NCBI GenBank assembly: GCA_963783575.1
Contig: CAWAOD010000008.1
Span: 1 to 54,144, forward strand
DNA: 54,144 bases
Source: an uncultured Spirochaetota bacterium
Lineage (GTDB): Bacteria > Spirochaetota > Brevinematia > Brevinematales > JAOACQ01
Reading direction: 5' to 3'
Shown here: piece by piece, positions 1 through 10,884 of the stretch
Position numbering within the stretch: position 1 is the first letter of the stretch
How the letters are laid out: each line of letters opens with the position of its first letter
Notes under the pieces: generated by a model
Database searches by the model: none
What the model was told of the DNA's origin: nothing
What the model saw: the letters and a program-made list of their open reading frames with translations, nothing else
Program-made: the position numbers and the translations under genes

Positions 1-120
1 GAATAATTAGGATCTATACATCGCAATAATATTTTGCATTTTTTTCTTTCCTTAATTACAATGCTTTCAGCTAAGAATTAAAAAAAATTCTATCAATTAG
101 AGACAAAAAGAGGATTAACT

Positions 121-312
121 ATGAAATTAATACCTCTTATTATTTTAGGGCATATCCTCATAATTGGAGGATGTTATCTAGTATCTTGGGGAATATACTT
201 ACTCCCCATAAGCGTTCCCACTCCTATAGGAATTCTATCCAAACCCTTTTTTGGGGGTCTAATTTCAATTTTTGGCGGGGTTTGCACTATTAAAAATTCG
301 AGAGGTTCTTAA
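121..312 (+). CDS. small hypothetical membrane protein (63 aa)
   Basis: AGAGGA RBS just upstream of the ATG; two hydrophobic stretches. Confidence 0.55.
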   Translation: MKLIPLIILGHILIIGGCYLVSWGIYLLPISVPTPIGILSKPFFGGLISIFGGVCTIKNSRGS

Positions 313-484
313 CAACCTATCGTACGAACTCCATATTTACATCGAGCATCAGCTGCCCCTCACGAAATCAATTGTCATACTTGAAATATGATAAAAAGAG
401 GCCTTATAATGAAATCATCACTTGCAGCCGGTTCTGTTAAGTGGGAGTTGGTAGGCATTAAACAAGTCCGGCATGAAGCAAAAA

Positions 485-504
485 GGGCTGCCGAAAGGCA
501 GCCC
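485..504 (-). terminator. intrinsic terminator of the NCS2 gene (possibly bidirectional)
   Basis: GGGCTGCC-GAAA-GGCAGCCC hairpin; A-run at 480-484 gives a U-tract on the minus strand just after the NCS2 stop. Confidence 0.85.
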
Positions 505-511
505 CTTAAGA

Positions 512-1900
512 TTATTTCTTGAATGCTGCAATGATAAAATTAAGCAGGAAAAGAGCTGTTACTATATACATCAGCGGATGTACTTCTTTCCACTTCCCTT
601 TCACGATTTTAGTCAGCACATAGAAAATAAACCCGGCGGCCAACCCATTCGCAATGCTGTAAGTGAATGGCATTACTACAACCGTGAAAAAGGCGGAAGC
701 AGATTCATCAAAATTATCCCAATGAACCTTGGATACCGATCCCATCATCAGAATACCGACTACAATCAATGCCGGTGCGGTTGCTGCGCCTGGAATCATT
801 AGAGCAAAAGGAGCTAAAAAAAGAGAAGCCAGGAAAAAAATTCCGATAAAGAATGAAGTCAGGCCGGTTTTGCCGCCTACTGCTATGCCGGAAGCGCTTT
901 CAATATAGGTAGTTACACTGCTTGTTCCGAGAAATCCGCCGATTGAAGTCGCGATAGCGTCGGAAAAGAGCGCTTTATCCAGCTTGGAAGAAAATCCCTT
1001 TCCTGTACGAAGTGAATTTTCGTCTTTCTGGTCGAAAATACCGGTTTTTCTTCCTGTCCCCAGAAATGTTCCAATGCAGTCGAACATATCCGCAAGACAA
1101 AAAGCTAAAACAACGGTCAGCGATGTCATCGCTTTGGCCGGTGTATTGAAAAGTCCCACGATATCCAGCTTGAAAAAAGTCGGTAAAATTGAAGGCGGAA
1201 CAAAATCCTTCGCACTAATGGAAGGTATAGCGGTAACTTTCATAAAGATGCCGATAATAGTTGTAAGCAGAATGCCCCAGAGAATTGCTCCCTGAACCTT
1301 TAAAATAAGCAGGATTAACATCAGCGCTAAGCCTATAATAGCCAGAAGCGATACAGGATCGGAAAAATTCACAAGAGAAGGAATAACATCCTTTGCCATA
1401 CCGTTTGTAACATTTTCAACGGTAAAATTAAGAAAATGGGCATTCTTAACACCTATGTAGGCGATAAAAAGACCGATACCTCCGGAAATTGCATACTGCA
1501 AAGATTCCGGAATAGCCAGAATCAGAGTTTTCCTGAGCCGTGTTGCTGTAACGATAATGTTGATACAACCGCTGATCAGAACAAATCCCAATGCCTGTTG
1601 CCAGGGATATCCCATAACCAGCACGACAGTGAAAGTAAAAAATGCGTTCATGCCCATCCCGGGAGCCTGAGCAAAAGGAACGTTGGCAAAAAGGCCCATT
1701 ATCAGGGTTCCTATTGCCGCCGCAATGATAGTCGCAACAAAAACAGCGCCTTTGTCCATACCGGTGTTGGATAGAATCGCGGGATTCACAAAAATGATGT
1801 AAGCCATGGTGAGAAAAGTGGTAAGACCCGCAATGAATTCGATCCGGACATTAGTTCCATGCTCTTTGAGACCGAAATACTTTTCGATCGGATTTGCCAT
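512..1900 (-). CDS. NCS2 family (AzgA/PbuG-like) purine permease
   Basis: Motifs EFIAGLTTFLTMAYIIFVNP, APGMGMNAFF, TTYIESASGIAVGGKTGLT; ATG at 1900 with GGAGGT RBS. Confidence 0.93.
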   Translation of the reverse strand: MANPIEKYFGLKEHGTNVRIEFIAGLTTFLTMAYIIFVNPAILSNTGMDKGAVFVATIIAAAIGTLIMGLFANVPFAQAPGMGMNAFFTFTVVLVMGYPWQQALGFVLISGCINIIVTATRLRKTLILAIPESLQYAISGGIGLFIAYIGVKNAHFLNFTVENVTNGMAKDVIPSLVNFSDPVSLLAIIGLALMLILLILKVQGAILWGILLTTIIGIFMKVTAIPSISAKDFVPPSILPTFFKLDIVGLFNTPAKAMTSLTVVLAFCLADMFDCIGTFLGTGRKTGIFDQKDENSLRTGKGFSSKLDKALFSDAIATSIGGFLGTSSVTTYIESASGIAVGGKTGLTSFFIGIFFLASLFLAPFALMIPGAATAPALIVVGILMMGSVSKVHWDNFDESASAFFTVVVMPFTYSIANGLAAGFIFYVLTKIVKGKWKEVHPLMYIVTALFLLNFIIAAFKK

Positions 1901-2168
1901 TTTATAACCTCCTCTGAAACATTTCACTTTGAAATATTATCTATTTTTTACCATAAGATAATCTCCAACTTGTTGCTTCAAAAGAACGTAATCATATATA
2001 AGCAGCCATATCGCTATATCAATATATATCCACTTATTGATTGGAAAATTATAATTTAGCAACCCAAAAATTAATGGAATTACGATAATTAACAACCCAA
2101 AATAATGCAAGAAAGTAACCAAAAAAATACGCTGCCGCTTAAATAAATCAATAATACTATAGATTAGT

Positions 2169-3777
2169 TTAACTGGAACGTTTTTCCAGGTCTTCATACC
2201 TTTTAAGTAGTTTTTCATATACAGGTACGTTTTCCGCTTTCGGTACGGAAGAAGGCCCTTCAGCGCGCTGGACGAAAAATTCCGCCGCCTTTTCATAATT
2301 GGTTTTAAGCAGTGTTTTTGCCCCGGATATCGCGCAGCCCAATGGAGCGGCGAAATCGGAATTTTTTATGCTGAAAACCTCCGCTTTAAATATATCGGCA
2401 ATGGCTTGCCGCAGGATATGATTTTTAGAACCTCCGCCTACCACGCATATTGACTTTACATCGCTTAAATGATTTGAGTGAAGTTTCAGCGACAGTACCT
2501 GGGAGATGTGGAGTGACCGGATATTTGCCTCCGCATCATCCTCTGAAAATCCATCCCGGATTATACCGGCTTTTTTTACCGGCACGGATTCATCAAGCAG
2601 ATATGGAAGCATGAGCTTTTCATTTTCTCTGATTTTATGATCCCCGAATTTTTCCATATAGTTGTCGAATGCTTCTTTTGTAAGACTGCCTGTCTCGGAT
2701 TTTAGTATATATTTACGGACGAAAGTGTCGTGGAGTTTTGACCCGTTTGTGTAACAGGTCAGCGCCATCGCCGTGCCTTTTGTATAGCCGAATACATTAT
2801 ATTCGCCGTTTATGGAAGGCTTTATGAGTTTCATAAGTCCGTTAACGGTGTAGCTTGATCCCAGCGATATCACAATATGCCCGCCGCAGCCCAGAAGCGT
2901 AGCGGGATTGTCTCCTGTCCCGGCTAAAATGACCGCATCTCTGCTGACGCCATATTTATTAATAAAATATGAGTTTATCTTTCCGACCGGTTCATCGTAA
3001 TGGCTGATCATGCCGATTTTCCCGCCCACGGATTCTTTTATACCCTCTTTTGAAAGAAGCACATCTATCGCCTTAACGGCCTCCTTACTCCAGCCTGGAT
3101 TTTTGATATTAAGGTTGTTGAGATTTGAACCCCACCCGTCACCGGTATCTACCGGGACAATCTTTCCCGCAAGTATTGATGTAAGGAAAGCGCTTAGCAA
3201 TTGTATATTTTCTGTGTTTTTGTATTCCAGCGGACTTTCTTTAGCCCACCTGAGAATTTGCGAAGCCGGGAAACGCAGCTCTGCCTTATTGCCTGTAATA
3301 TTGGAAATTCCTCCGTTAGCTTCAAGTTCTTTTGTGATTGCATCAGCCTCTGTTTCTGTAGTGCGGTCTTCCCATATCGGGGATGTTTTTCTGGAGATAG
3401 AATCTTTTAAGGCATCAAGAAGATTTTTAGTATTGTCCAGGGATTTTAAACGGCTGGAAAATGCGGCATCAGTATAAACGGTACAATGCTGCATAGCGTC
3501 AAGTTTTATTGCCCCAACAGCTGCAAGATCGACTCCTTCATTTTTAAGTTTGCCGAAAACGAAATCAAGGGCTTCGAGCATAAGATAAGGTGAAGTATGA
3601 CGCAGTCCCGGCCTGTCCGATTCCAGAACTCCGCCTTTAGTTCCATATCCGGGAAAGTTTTCATCAAATTCAAACTTGCCGGTATAAACGACCGATTTTT
3701 CGTTCATGTCTAGGAACGATCATTTTCGCGGACTGTGTGCTGAATTCCAGTCCCAATGAATATAAATTCTTTTTCAT
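2169..3777 (-). CDS. FGGY carbohydrate kinase, eukaryote-type xylulokinase-like; +1 frameshift near 3713
   Basis: N-terminus MKKNLYSLGLEFSTQSAK (in ORF 3670..3915) joins ORF 2169..3707 with SPIWED, GTGDNPA, ISLGSS, VGGGSKN motifs. Confidence 0.85.
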
Positions 3778-4155
3778 ACAAACCCCTTTAGTTAGATTTC
3801 TGTTCTTTAATTGATAGGAATTTTTAAAATTCCAGCCAAGGATAGGATATTGGAAAGTCATAAAAACCGCAAAAAAAAGTTGATTTTTTTCTGGATGATA
3901 ACATGTTGACAACAAAATTCCAGGAAAAAAGACAAAGTCAGTATAAAAGCGCGGTCAGTTATGGGGTATATGCGCTCTATTCCGGGGGTGAATTAACCTT
4001 CGCAGACCTAATAGAGATAAGCTTTTCTTCTCTAAATATCATAATACATAAAACGGCGAGCTATTGCATTCCTTCCTCTCAGCTTTTGCCGTTTCCGGGT
4101 CTATTTCTAATTCCTGAAAATTGTGAAATAAATTATTTTGTTTTATGATTATTGT

Positions 4156-5256
4156 ATGCAGCGGATTATGGATTTTATTATTGGTGCCGGGATTTTACAG
4201 GGATTGTTTCAGGCTTTTTATTTATGGTTTAGAGTAAAGAAAAAAAAATCTTCAAACCGTATCCTCGCATTATTGGTCTTTGCTTTTTCCTTAAATTTGC
4301 TCCACTCTCTTTTCAGGACAGGTATTATGCCGGTACTGGGCTGGAAGATAACAGGAACATTTGAGCCGTTTCAGTTTCTATTAGGGCCGCTTCTCTACTT
4401 TTTTGTCCGCGCCAGGACTGATGGGAAAAATATCAGTGTCAAAGAGTGGCCTCATTTTTTGCCTGTTACTGTAATATTTCTCTTTCTTGTTTTGTGCCAG
4501 TATACCTCATTTTTATGGGTCGAGACCGTATCCCGGACCGGTTATTTTTTAGGTCTATTATTCTGGGGATTAGTGCTCATGCAGATTAGCGTATACCTCA
4601 TTTTTTGTATTATTCTGATACGAAATTATCATAAAAGAATTACCGATTTTTATTCAGAAATCGCTAAAAGGAATATGAATTGGTTCCATATTTTTATGTT
4701 AAATCTCCTGTTTCTGTATACCGGATATTTTGTTCTCTTTATCATTCTATTTCACCATGGCACAATGCAGCACTTTGAAAGGCTCCTTTCAGTTCTCCAG
4801 AGTCTTGTTGTTTTTGGTATCGGTTATGCGGCTTTTTTTCATGACAGCAGTGAACCGGATACGGCTCGTAAGGAAAACCAATCCTCTTACGAAAAACCCC
4901 TTTTTTCTGATGAGGAACTGCCCTGTCTTTGTGAGAAGCTTCTTAAGCTGATAGACGAGAAGAAACCCTATCTGGACCCGGAACTTTCCCTTCCCCAGCT
5001 GGCTGAAATGACCGGGATGCCAAGAAATACACTATCAAGGCTTATTAATGAAGGATTCGATAAAAATTTCTACGATTTTATCAACAACTACAGGGTTCTG
5101 GAAGTGATTGATTTGATGCAGCAGCCGGCAAAAAGCCATTATAAGATCTTAGCACTTGCTTTTGAGGCGGGATTCAATTCAAAACCCGCCTTCAACGCTG
5201 TTTTCAAAAAGATAACCGGTAAGACCCCATCCGAATACAAAAAAAATCCAAATTAG
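4156..5256 (+). CDS. membrane-anchored AraC family transcriptional regulator
   Basis: N-terminal TM helices; C-terminal YLDPELSLPQLA...NFYDFINNYR...GFNSKPAFNAVFKKITGKTPSEY; start codon uncertain (4138/4156/4168). Confidence 0.9.
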   Translation: MQRIMDFIIGAGILQGLFQAFYLWFRVKKKKSSNRILALLVFAFSLNLLHSLFRTGIMPVLGWKITGTFEPFQFLLGPLLYFFVRARTDGKNISVKEWPHFLPVTVIFLFLVLCQYTSFLWVETVSRTGYFLGLLFWGLVLMQISVYLIFCIILIRNYHKRITDFYSEIAKRNMNWFHIFMLNLLFLYTGYFVLFIILFHHGTMQHFERLLSVLQSLVVFGIGYAAFFHDSSEPDTARKENQSSYEKPLFSDEELPCLCEKLLKLIDEKKPYLDPELSLPQLAEMTGMPRNTLSRLINEGFDKNFYDFINNYRVLEVIDLMQQPAKSHYKILALAFEAGFNSKPAFNAVFKKITGKTPSEYKKNPN

Positions 5257-5339
5257 TAGTCTTAAGTTATCCCTTGAGACGATTTTATTATTTTCCCTCC
5301 TTATCATAATGTATCAATTGAAAACTTAAGGAGGAAAAA

Positions 5340-6056
5340 ATGATCCGTGTTCAAAATGTCATCAAGACATTCTATTCACCAAATTCATTTACGGCGCTTA
5401 ATGATGTCAGCTTTGAGGTCCAAAAGGGGGAATTTATCGCTGTTGTTGGAAAATCAGGCAGCGGGAAATCAACCCTAATGAACATTATTACCGGGATTGA
5501 CAAACCGACCGCGGGTGAGGTTTTTGTAGCCGGGACACCGGTGCATTCCCTGAACCAGAAATTGCTCTCATTATGGAGAGGGAAAACTATCGGCGTTGTC
5601 TTTCAGTTCTTTCAACTGCTGCCAACACTTACCATAGCTGAAAATGTGATGCTGCCGATGGATTTCTGTAACACCTATCCGGCTCGTGACAGGCGTAAAA
5701 TAGCCTTAAGCCTGCTGAAGCGTGTCGGTATATCCAATCAAGCGGATAAACTCCCGTCTTCGCTATCCGGGGGCGAGCAGCAGAGGGCGGCTATCGCGCG
5801 TGCCCTTGCTAATGACCCGCCTGTTATTGTTGCCGATGAACCTACCGGGAACCTGGATACTCACACCTCGGATGCAATACTGGATGTTTTTTCGGAATTA
5901 AAAAATGAAGGAAAAACAATTCTTATGGTAACCCATGAAAGAGATATTGCCAGCCGCGTTACAAGGGAGATTACTCTTGCCGACGGTATTCTTCATCCGG
6001 AGTATGACAGAACGAAATCCTCCGGTTTAAGACAGAAGGAGGTTGTTTATGCTTAG
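5340..6056 (+). CDS. ABC transporter ATP-binding protein (LolD/MacB type)
   Basis: Walker [36 protein letters not shown]. Confidence 0.95.
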   Translation: MIRVQNVIKTFYSPNSFTALNDVSFEVQKGEFIAVVGKSGSGKSTLMNIITGIDKPTAGEVFVAGTPVHSLNQKLLSLWRGKTIGVVFQFFQLLPTLTIAENVMLPMDFCNTYPARDRRKIALSLLKRVGISNQADKLPSSLSGGEQQRAAIARALANDPPVIVADEPTGNLDTHTSDAILDVFSELKNEGKTILMVTHERDIASRVTREITLADGILHPEYDRTKSSGLRQKEVVYA

Positions 6057-8459
6057 GCCGAGATGGATAAAACTCCTTCGGGATATCTGGACGGCACGGG
6101 GGCGGATGGCCTTAATGACAGCCGCTATCGCGACAAGCCTGTTCGCGGTCGGGGCGATATTAAGCACATATACGATTCTGACCCGGGAAATCAGCCGTAA
6201 TTATTTGGGAACCATCCCAGCGTCCGCGACACTGGAATTGGACAAAACAGCCGAATCCGTAGTGGAATTAATCCGGGCACAGCCGGGCATCGAAAGGGCG
6301 GAAGCGCGCGCCTCTATCCTGTCGAGAATCCAGATACAGCCCGGTGTGTGGCAGCCCCTTCTTCTTTTTGTAATAAAAGATTTTAACGCGATGAACCTTG
6401 CCACATTCAGGCCGGAAGCCGGGGCATGGCCTCCTCCGGAAGGGACAATTCTACTGGAGCGGACCGTACCGTCGGTTTTCGGGATAAAACAGGGGGATTC
6501 AGTTAGTAATTAAAACACCAAACGGCCCTCGCCGCAGCGCGGTTATTTCCGGCCTGGTGCACGATCCGGGTCTTGCGCCGGCCTGGCAGGAAAGGATGGG
6601 GATCCGGATACATTACGCCCGAAACTATGGAATGGCTTGGAGAAAAAGGAGGCCTTAATGAGCTGAAAATAGTGGTTTCACCGGATCAATGGACAATGGC
6701 CTCGGTAAAACAAAAGTCCCTGGAAATAGCGGTTTTGCTGAAAAACCAGGGATTCCGGGTGAAAGAAATCCAGATACCGCCTCTGGGAAAACATCCCCAT
6801 CAAAGCCAGATGCAGGCAGTGCTGACATTACTGTTGATCTTCAGTATCCTTGCCCTCGTTTTGAGCGGTATTCTGGCGGCCGCGATCATATCCGGAATAA
6901 TGGCCAGGGAAGTCCGTCAGATCGGCGTGATGAAGGTGATCGGCGCGAATAACCGCCAGATCGGGATATTCTATATAGTTTTGATCCTACTAATCAGTTC
7001 CCTTGCGGTAATGGCTGGAATGCCGCTTGGCTTCCTGGCGGGAGAGGGACTGGCCGGGACAATGGCGAATCTGCTGAACTTCACGCTTTACAGCAGGCAA
7101 ATTCCTCCGGCCGCTTATGCTATAGTAGCGGCGGCAGGGCTGATGATGCCCCTTATTATTGCGCTGGTACCCATCACCCTTATCAGCAGAAAGACTGTCC
7201 GCGAGGCGATCAGCGATTACGGCGTAAGGCAGGAATCTTTTAAAATCCGTGAACCCAACCGGATTATGGTTCTGCTCGGAAAATTCGACCGCACCCTGAT
7301 GCTGGCAATCCGCAATACTTTCCGCCGCTGGAGCCGGCTGATTTTAACACTGACGCTGCTTGCAGCGGGCGGAGGAATGTTTATGGCTGCTTTAAATGTT
7401 CAAACAGCCTGGGACAGTAACCTGGACAAATCATTTAAGACCCGAAGGTATGATTTCGAGCTCCGGTTGAACCGCCCGGAATCTATTGAGACTGTCCTGA
7501 AAAAGATTAAAAGCATACTGGAAGTAAAGGAAGCCGAAGCATGGGGATACAGCCCGGTTTCATTAACCCAGCCCGGCGGTATTGAAATCATACATACCTA
7601 TCCGGACGGCGGGCATGAAAGCTTAACCCTGAAGGGTGTTCCTGACGGTTCGGAGCTGGTTAAATTCCCTGTACTGAAGGGGCGATGGCTCCAGACCGGG
7701 GACAGCAATGCGGTTGTTCTAAACCAGCTGGCGCAGTTTCAGTTATCCAATATTTCACCCGGCGCTGATATATCCCTGACGGTCAATAACCGTTCTACCG
7801 TCTGGCATGTTGTTGGGATAATTCAGGAAATAGGGCCGGCTTCCGCTTATGTCGCAGAAAACGCGTTTGAAAGCGTCCTTAATCATCCCGGTAACGCAGA
7901 GTCTTTTCGTATAGTTATAGAAAACCGGTCACTAGAAGCCAGGGGAAAGGCCATCAGGCAGATCGAGCAAGCGCTTTCTGAAGCAAATATTGGTGTTTCG
8001 GTAGTAGTAGCCGATGCGGAATTCAGGAACGCTATAACCGAACACATTTTCATCCTGATCTTTTCACTGATCGCGATGGCTGTTCTGCTGGCAATTGTCG
8101 GACTGCTTGGTCTTGCTTCCGCCATCGGCACCAATATTGTCGAAAGAACACGCGAGTTCGGTGTTATGCGCACCATTGGGGGTACACCCGGAGTCCTGAT
8201 GCGTAATATCGTCAGCGAAGCGGTCTTTACCGGCTGCCTGAGTTTAATTTTCGCGTTCGTTATTTCCCTGCCCCTGTCCCATATTGTCGGGGGAATCCTG
8301 GGCAATATGTCCTTTAAGGTGCCTCTGGCTCTGGCAGTATCCTCCCGGGGCATCTGGATATGGCTCTTAATTATCATCCTGGGCTCAGCTGCAACCAGTG
8401 CTTATCCGGCATTGCGGGTTTCGAAAATGTCAATCCGTGATACTCTTGTTTATGAATAA
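6049..8459 (+). CDS. FtsX/MacB-type ABC permease; frameshift near 6502
   Basis: ORF 6043..6513 and ORF 6573..8459 join into one permease with two FtsX repeats (REVRQIGVMKVIG, ERTREFGVMRTIG). Confidence 0.88.
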
Positions 8460-8473
8460 AATAAGGAGATTTT

Positions 8474-8608
8474 ATGCGTAAGATGATTTTCCGTATAATT
8501 ATAATACTGGTTATATTATTTGTGGCCGCAATTGCTCTGCACTTGATAGTTAATGGATTAAATAATGGAAATATTCTGGAGGCCATAAGAAAGATACACG
8601 GGGGTTAA
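8474..8608 (+). CDS. 44-aa single-TM peptide MRKMIFRIIIILVILFVAAIALHLIVNGLNNGNILEAIRKIHGG
   Basis: TAAGGAG RBS; starts 14 nt after the permease stop; translated by hand (below the ORF-track cutoff). Confidence 0.75.
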   Translation: MRKMIFRIIIILVILFVAAIALHLIVNGLNNGNILEAIRKIHGG

Positions 8609-8683
8609 CCCCTTTACTTTGATATGTAACCGGCCGAAAATGTAATTCTTAGTTATATTGCAGAATATGACAAAATCCTCCCA

Positions 8684-8704
8684 TCCCCCTTTAAAAAAGG
8701 GGGA
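8684..8704. repeat. palindrome, REP-like or terminator-like
   Basis: TCCCCCTTT-AAA-AAAGGGGGA, 9-bp stem. Confidence 0.5.
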
Positions 8705-8805
8705 GATAGACTGAAAGATAGATAATTATAGATAAAATATAGAAATAAAACTTTTCGGTTAGAAAACTTTTGACGATACCGCAAAAATATCCATGGAGGT
8801 TTGAA

Positions 8806-9243
8806 ATGAAAGAAACACTTAAAATAATACCGATAGTACTTTATTTTATTGTAGGAATAATTAGTTTAATAATGGCATTTAAAAGTTTATTTTCAGCCAG
8901 ATTTTTACCTTTCCAGGAAAATGCCGCCGGTAAACAATGGGATGAACTTGAAAAACCGCTTAAACTTGTTATTCTGTCATTCCTGAGATTATCCGGTTTA
9001 GGCTTTCTGATTATGTCTATCTTATTAATAATTTTTCCTATTATAAATTATTTTATCCCAAATATATTTTACAAATTTTCAATTCCTTTTGCAGCTTTAA
9101 TATATTGCACAGGACTTTTTATTATCAATTATTCTTTATACAGGAATACAAAAGCAGATACTCCCTGGAAAGGGTCTCTTTTAGCAATATTCATCATCAT
9201 AACCGGAATTATTATTTCTATTTTTAACAAGCGTGCCCCTTAA
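8806..9243 (+). CDS. hypothetical 4-TM membrane protein, paralog of 27602..28027
   Basis: GGAGGT RBS; about 77% identical to the second copy by hand alignment. Confidence 0.85.
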   Translation: MKETLKIIPIVLYFIVGIISLIMAFKSLFSARFLPFQENAAGKQWDELEKPLKLVILSFLRLSGLGFLIMSILLIIFPIINYFIPNIFYKFSIPFAALIYCTGLFIINYSLYRNTKADTPWKGSLLAIFIIITGIIISIFNKRAP

Positions 9244-9480
9244 CCAGGGCAAGCTGCTTGACCCAGGCGATGCAGTGAGCCTGTCGAACTGTGTAATACC
9301 TCGCAGCTCTGCGGAGTTTATCCCGAGCAGAGCCTGCCCTGAGTTTATCGAAGGGTCGAGGGGTTTCTACTCGAAAATGCTTTCAGTTGCGATGCACTGA
9401 GCGATGCATTGAGATTGTCGAAATGTTTATCGAAGTGTTCTGACTTTAATACCTCGAGGCTCTGCCTCGAGGATGCTTTA
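9229..9480. repeat. cluster of nested short palindromic repeats
   Basis: Five stem-GAG-N-TCGA-stem units (two pairs nested) and two TAATACCTCG-led hairpins, the second perfect (CCTCGAGGC-TCT-GCCTCGAGG, 9452-9472). Confidence 0.8.
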
Positions 9481-9818
9481 TTTTATGACTTAGAGGAATT
9501 ATAATATCCGTTTCCTATCCGCATCAATTCGCGACTTCTTATTGCTCACCGAATTTTACAACATCTTGTTGTTCGCCGAGCTGATGCGCGATATATTGCT
9601 TTAGCGACGAACATATTGTTCGCTATCTAACTAATAGGAAAATTTTTAATCCTCACAGTGAGATATTGTTTATTAGGGCAAATAAAACCGAAAAAAATCG
9701 ACTTTAATTTAGCAAGGGATAGTTTATGTTCAGTGTAAATCCACAGACGGCAGGGCTTCTTTTCGAGATACCGATCCTTTTGAATCAATTTTGAATACCT
9801 TTTCTCAACGCTTAGTTA

Positions 9819-10844
9819 CTATTTCTTAAAACTGAACGGCCGAGGCGGAAAACCATGCATTTTTTGTTTCACCTTCCTGATCACAGGGCATTTCCCATTG
9901 CTGGAAGATTTTTCAAGCCCTCTTATTTCGTCGTTTTTAACGACAAAACCGAGAACATAGGTATTCCCGTATCTGGGATATCCTGTATCTCCGTTGGCTA
10001 TGTTCCAGACGGTAATATTCTTGAATGCCTGAATGTCCCAAAGCAGTTCAATCCCTGTTTTTTTCCGCTGATTTCTGATGCTGATCCTGCCTTCCTTCAG
10101 GTCGAATAAATCTATTTCCTCGCAAATTCCTGAATATTTCCTTTGAACCAGACCGGCGTTTATTTCATTTCCATTCTTATCCTTAAAGAACGGCCATATA
10201 CCTTTCGTTCCCGGAATAAACCTTGATTCCGGCCCGGAATAACTGACGGTTCCTTCCGCTCCCGGCATATCGATGACGCAGTTCTCGTCTATAAACGGAG
10301 CGCCGAAATTCGGATGGTGTCCCCATTGAAAAGCCAAGTCCTCTCTGCCGGTATTTGTTATTTTTTCTTCTATATATAAGGTAGCAATCCCCGACTTTAC
10401 GGTAAAAATTTTTTCCACAACAAACGGGGTTTTGGTTGTCTGAACAAAACACTTCAGCGATACAGCCTCCGGATCATCTTTTAAAACCGTATATTCCCAG
10501 GGAAGATAGCAAATCTCTCCATAGTGGGGGATTTCCGCGCCTTTATATGTACAGGCTTCCCCGACATTAGGAAAACACTCAAACCATCCCCCGGTATAGC
10601 CGTCCGTCAGTATCTGTGAGTCTTTTTTCGCAAACTTTATTTTTTCAAGACAGCTTAATCCCTGCGGCGACCTCCAAATAAAATCCGTGTCGGTTTCTTT
10701 ATGGTTGAATTCTATGATTTCAGTTCCCTTATCCAGCAGTATAGTTATTCTGATTTTTTCATTTTCAAGGATGACTGCCCTGTATCCGAAAATCGATATC
10801 TCCAGAAACCTGCAGCCGTAATTCCTTTCGCCGGAATACAACAC
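9819..10844 (-). CDS. aldose 1-epimerase / galactose mutarotase-like (DUF4432-like) protein
   Basis: YTGGWFECFPN, HYGEICYLPW, FQWGHHPNFG motifs; the C-terminus may be frameshifted. Confidence 0.75.
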   Translation of the reverse strand: MLYSGERNYGCRFLEISIFGYRAVILENEKIRITILLDKGTEIIEFNHKETDTDFIWRSPQGLSCLEKIKFAKKDSQILTDGYTGGWFECFPNVGEACTYKGAEIPHYGEICYLPWEYTVLKDDPEAVSLKCFVQTTKTPFVVEKIFTVKSGIATLYIEEKITNTGREDLAFQWGHHPNFGAPFIDENCVIDMPGAEGTVSYSGPESRFIPGTKGIWPFFKDKNGNEINAGLVQRKYSGICEEIDLFDLKEGRISIRNQRKKTGIELLWDIQAFKNITVWNIANGDTGYPRYGNTYVLGFVVKNDEIRGLEKSSSNGKCPVIRKVKQKMHGFPPRPFSFKK

Positions 10845-10884
10845 AATATCTTCTCCGCTGATTGAAATATTATTTCAAAATATT

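Noticed and set aside
306..442. Possible attC site (TCTTAAC ... GTTAAGT) after the small ORF
   Set aside because: The L boxes are not complementary and the interior does not fold as an attC
1901..2168. Purine riboswitch expected upstream of the NCS2 permease
   Set aside because: No aptamer consensus visible; the region is AT-rich and may hold a small membrane-ORF fragment whose start is unclear
3884..3930. Imperfect inverted repeat TTTTTTCTGGA / TCCAGGAAAAAA between divergent genes
   Set aside because: Mostly homopolymer pairing; single instance
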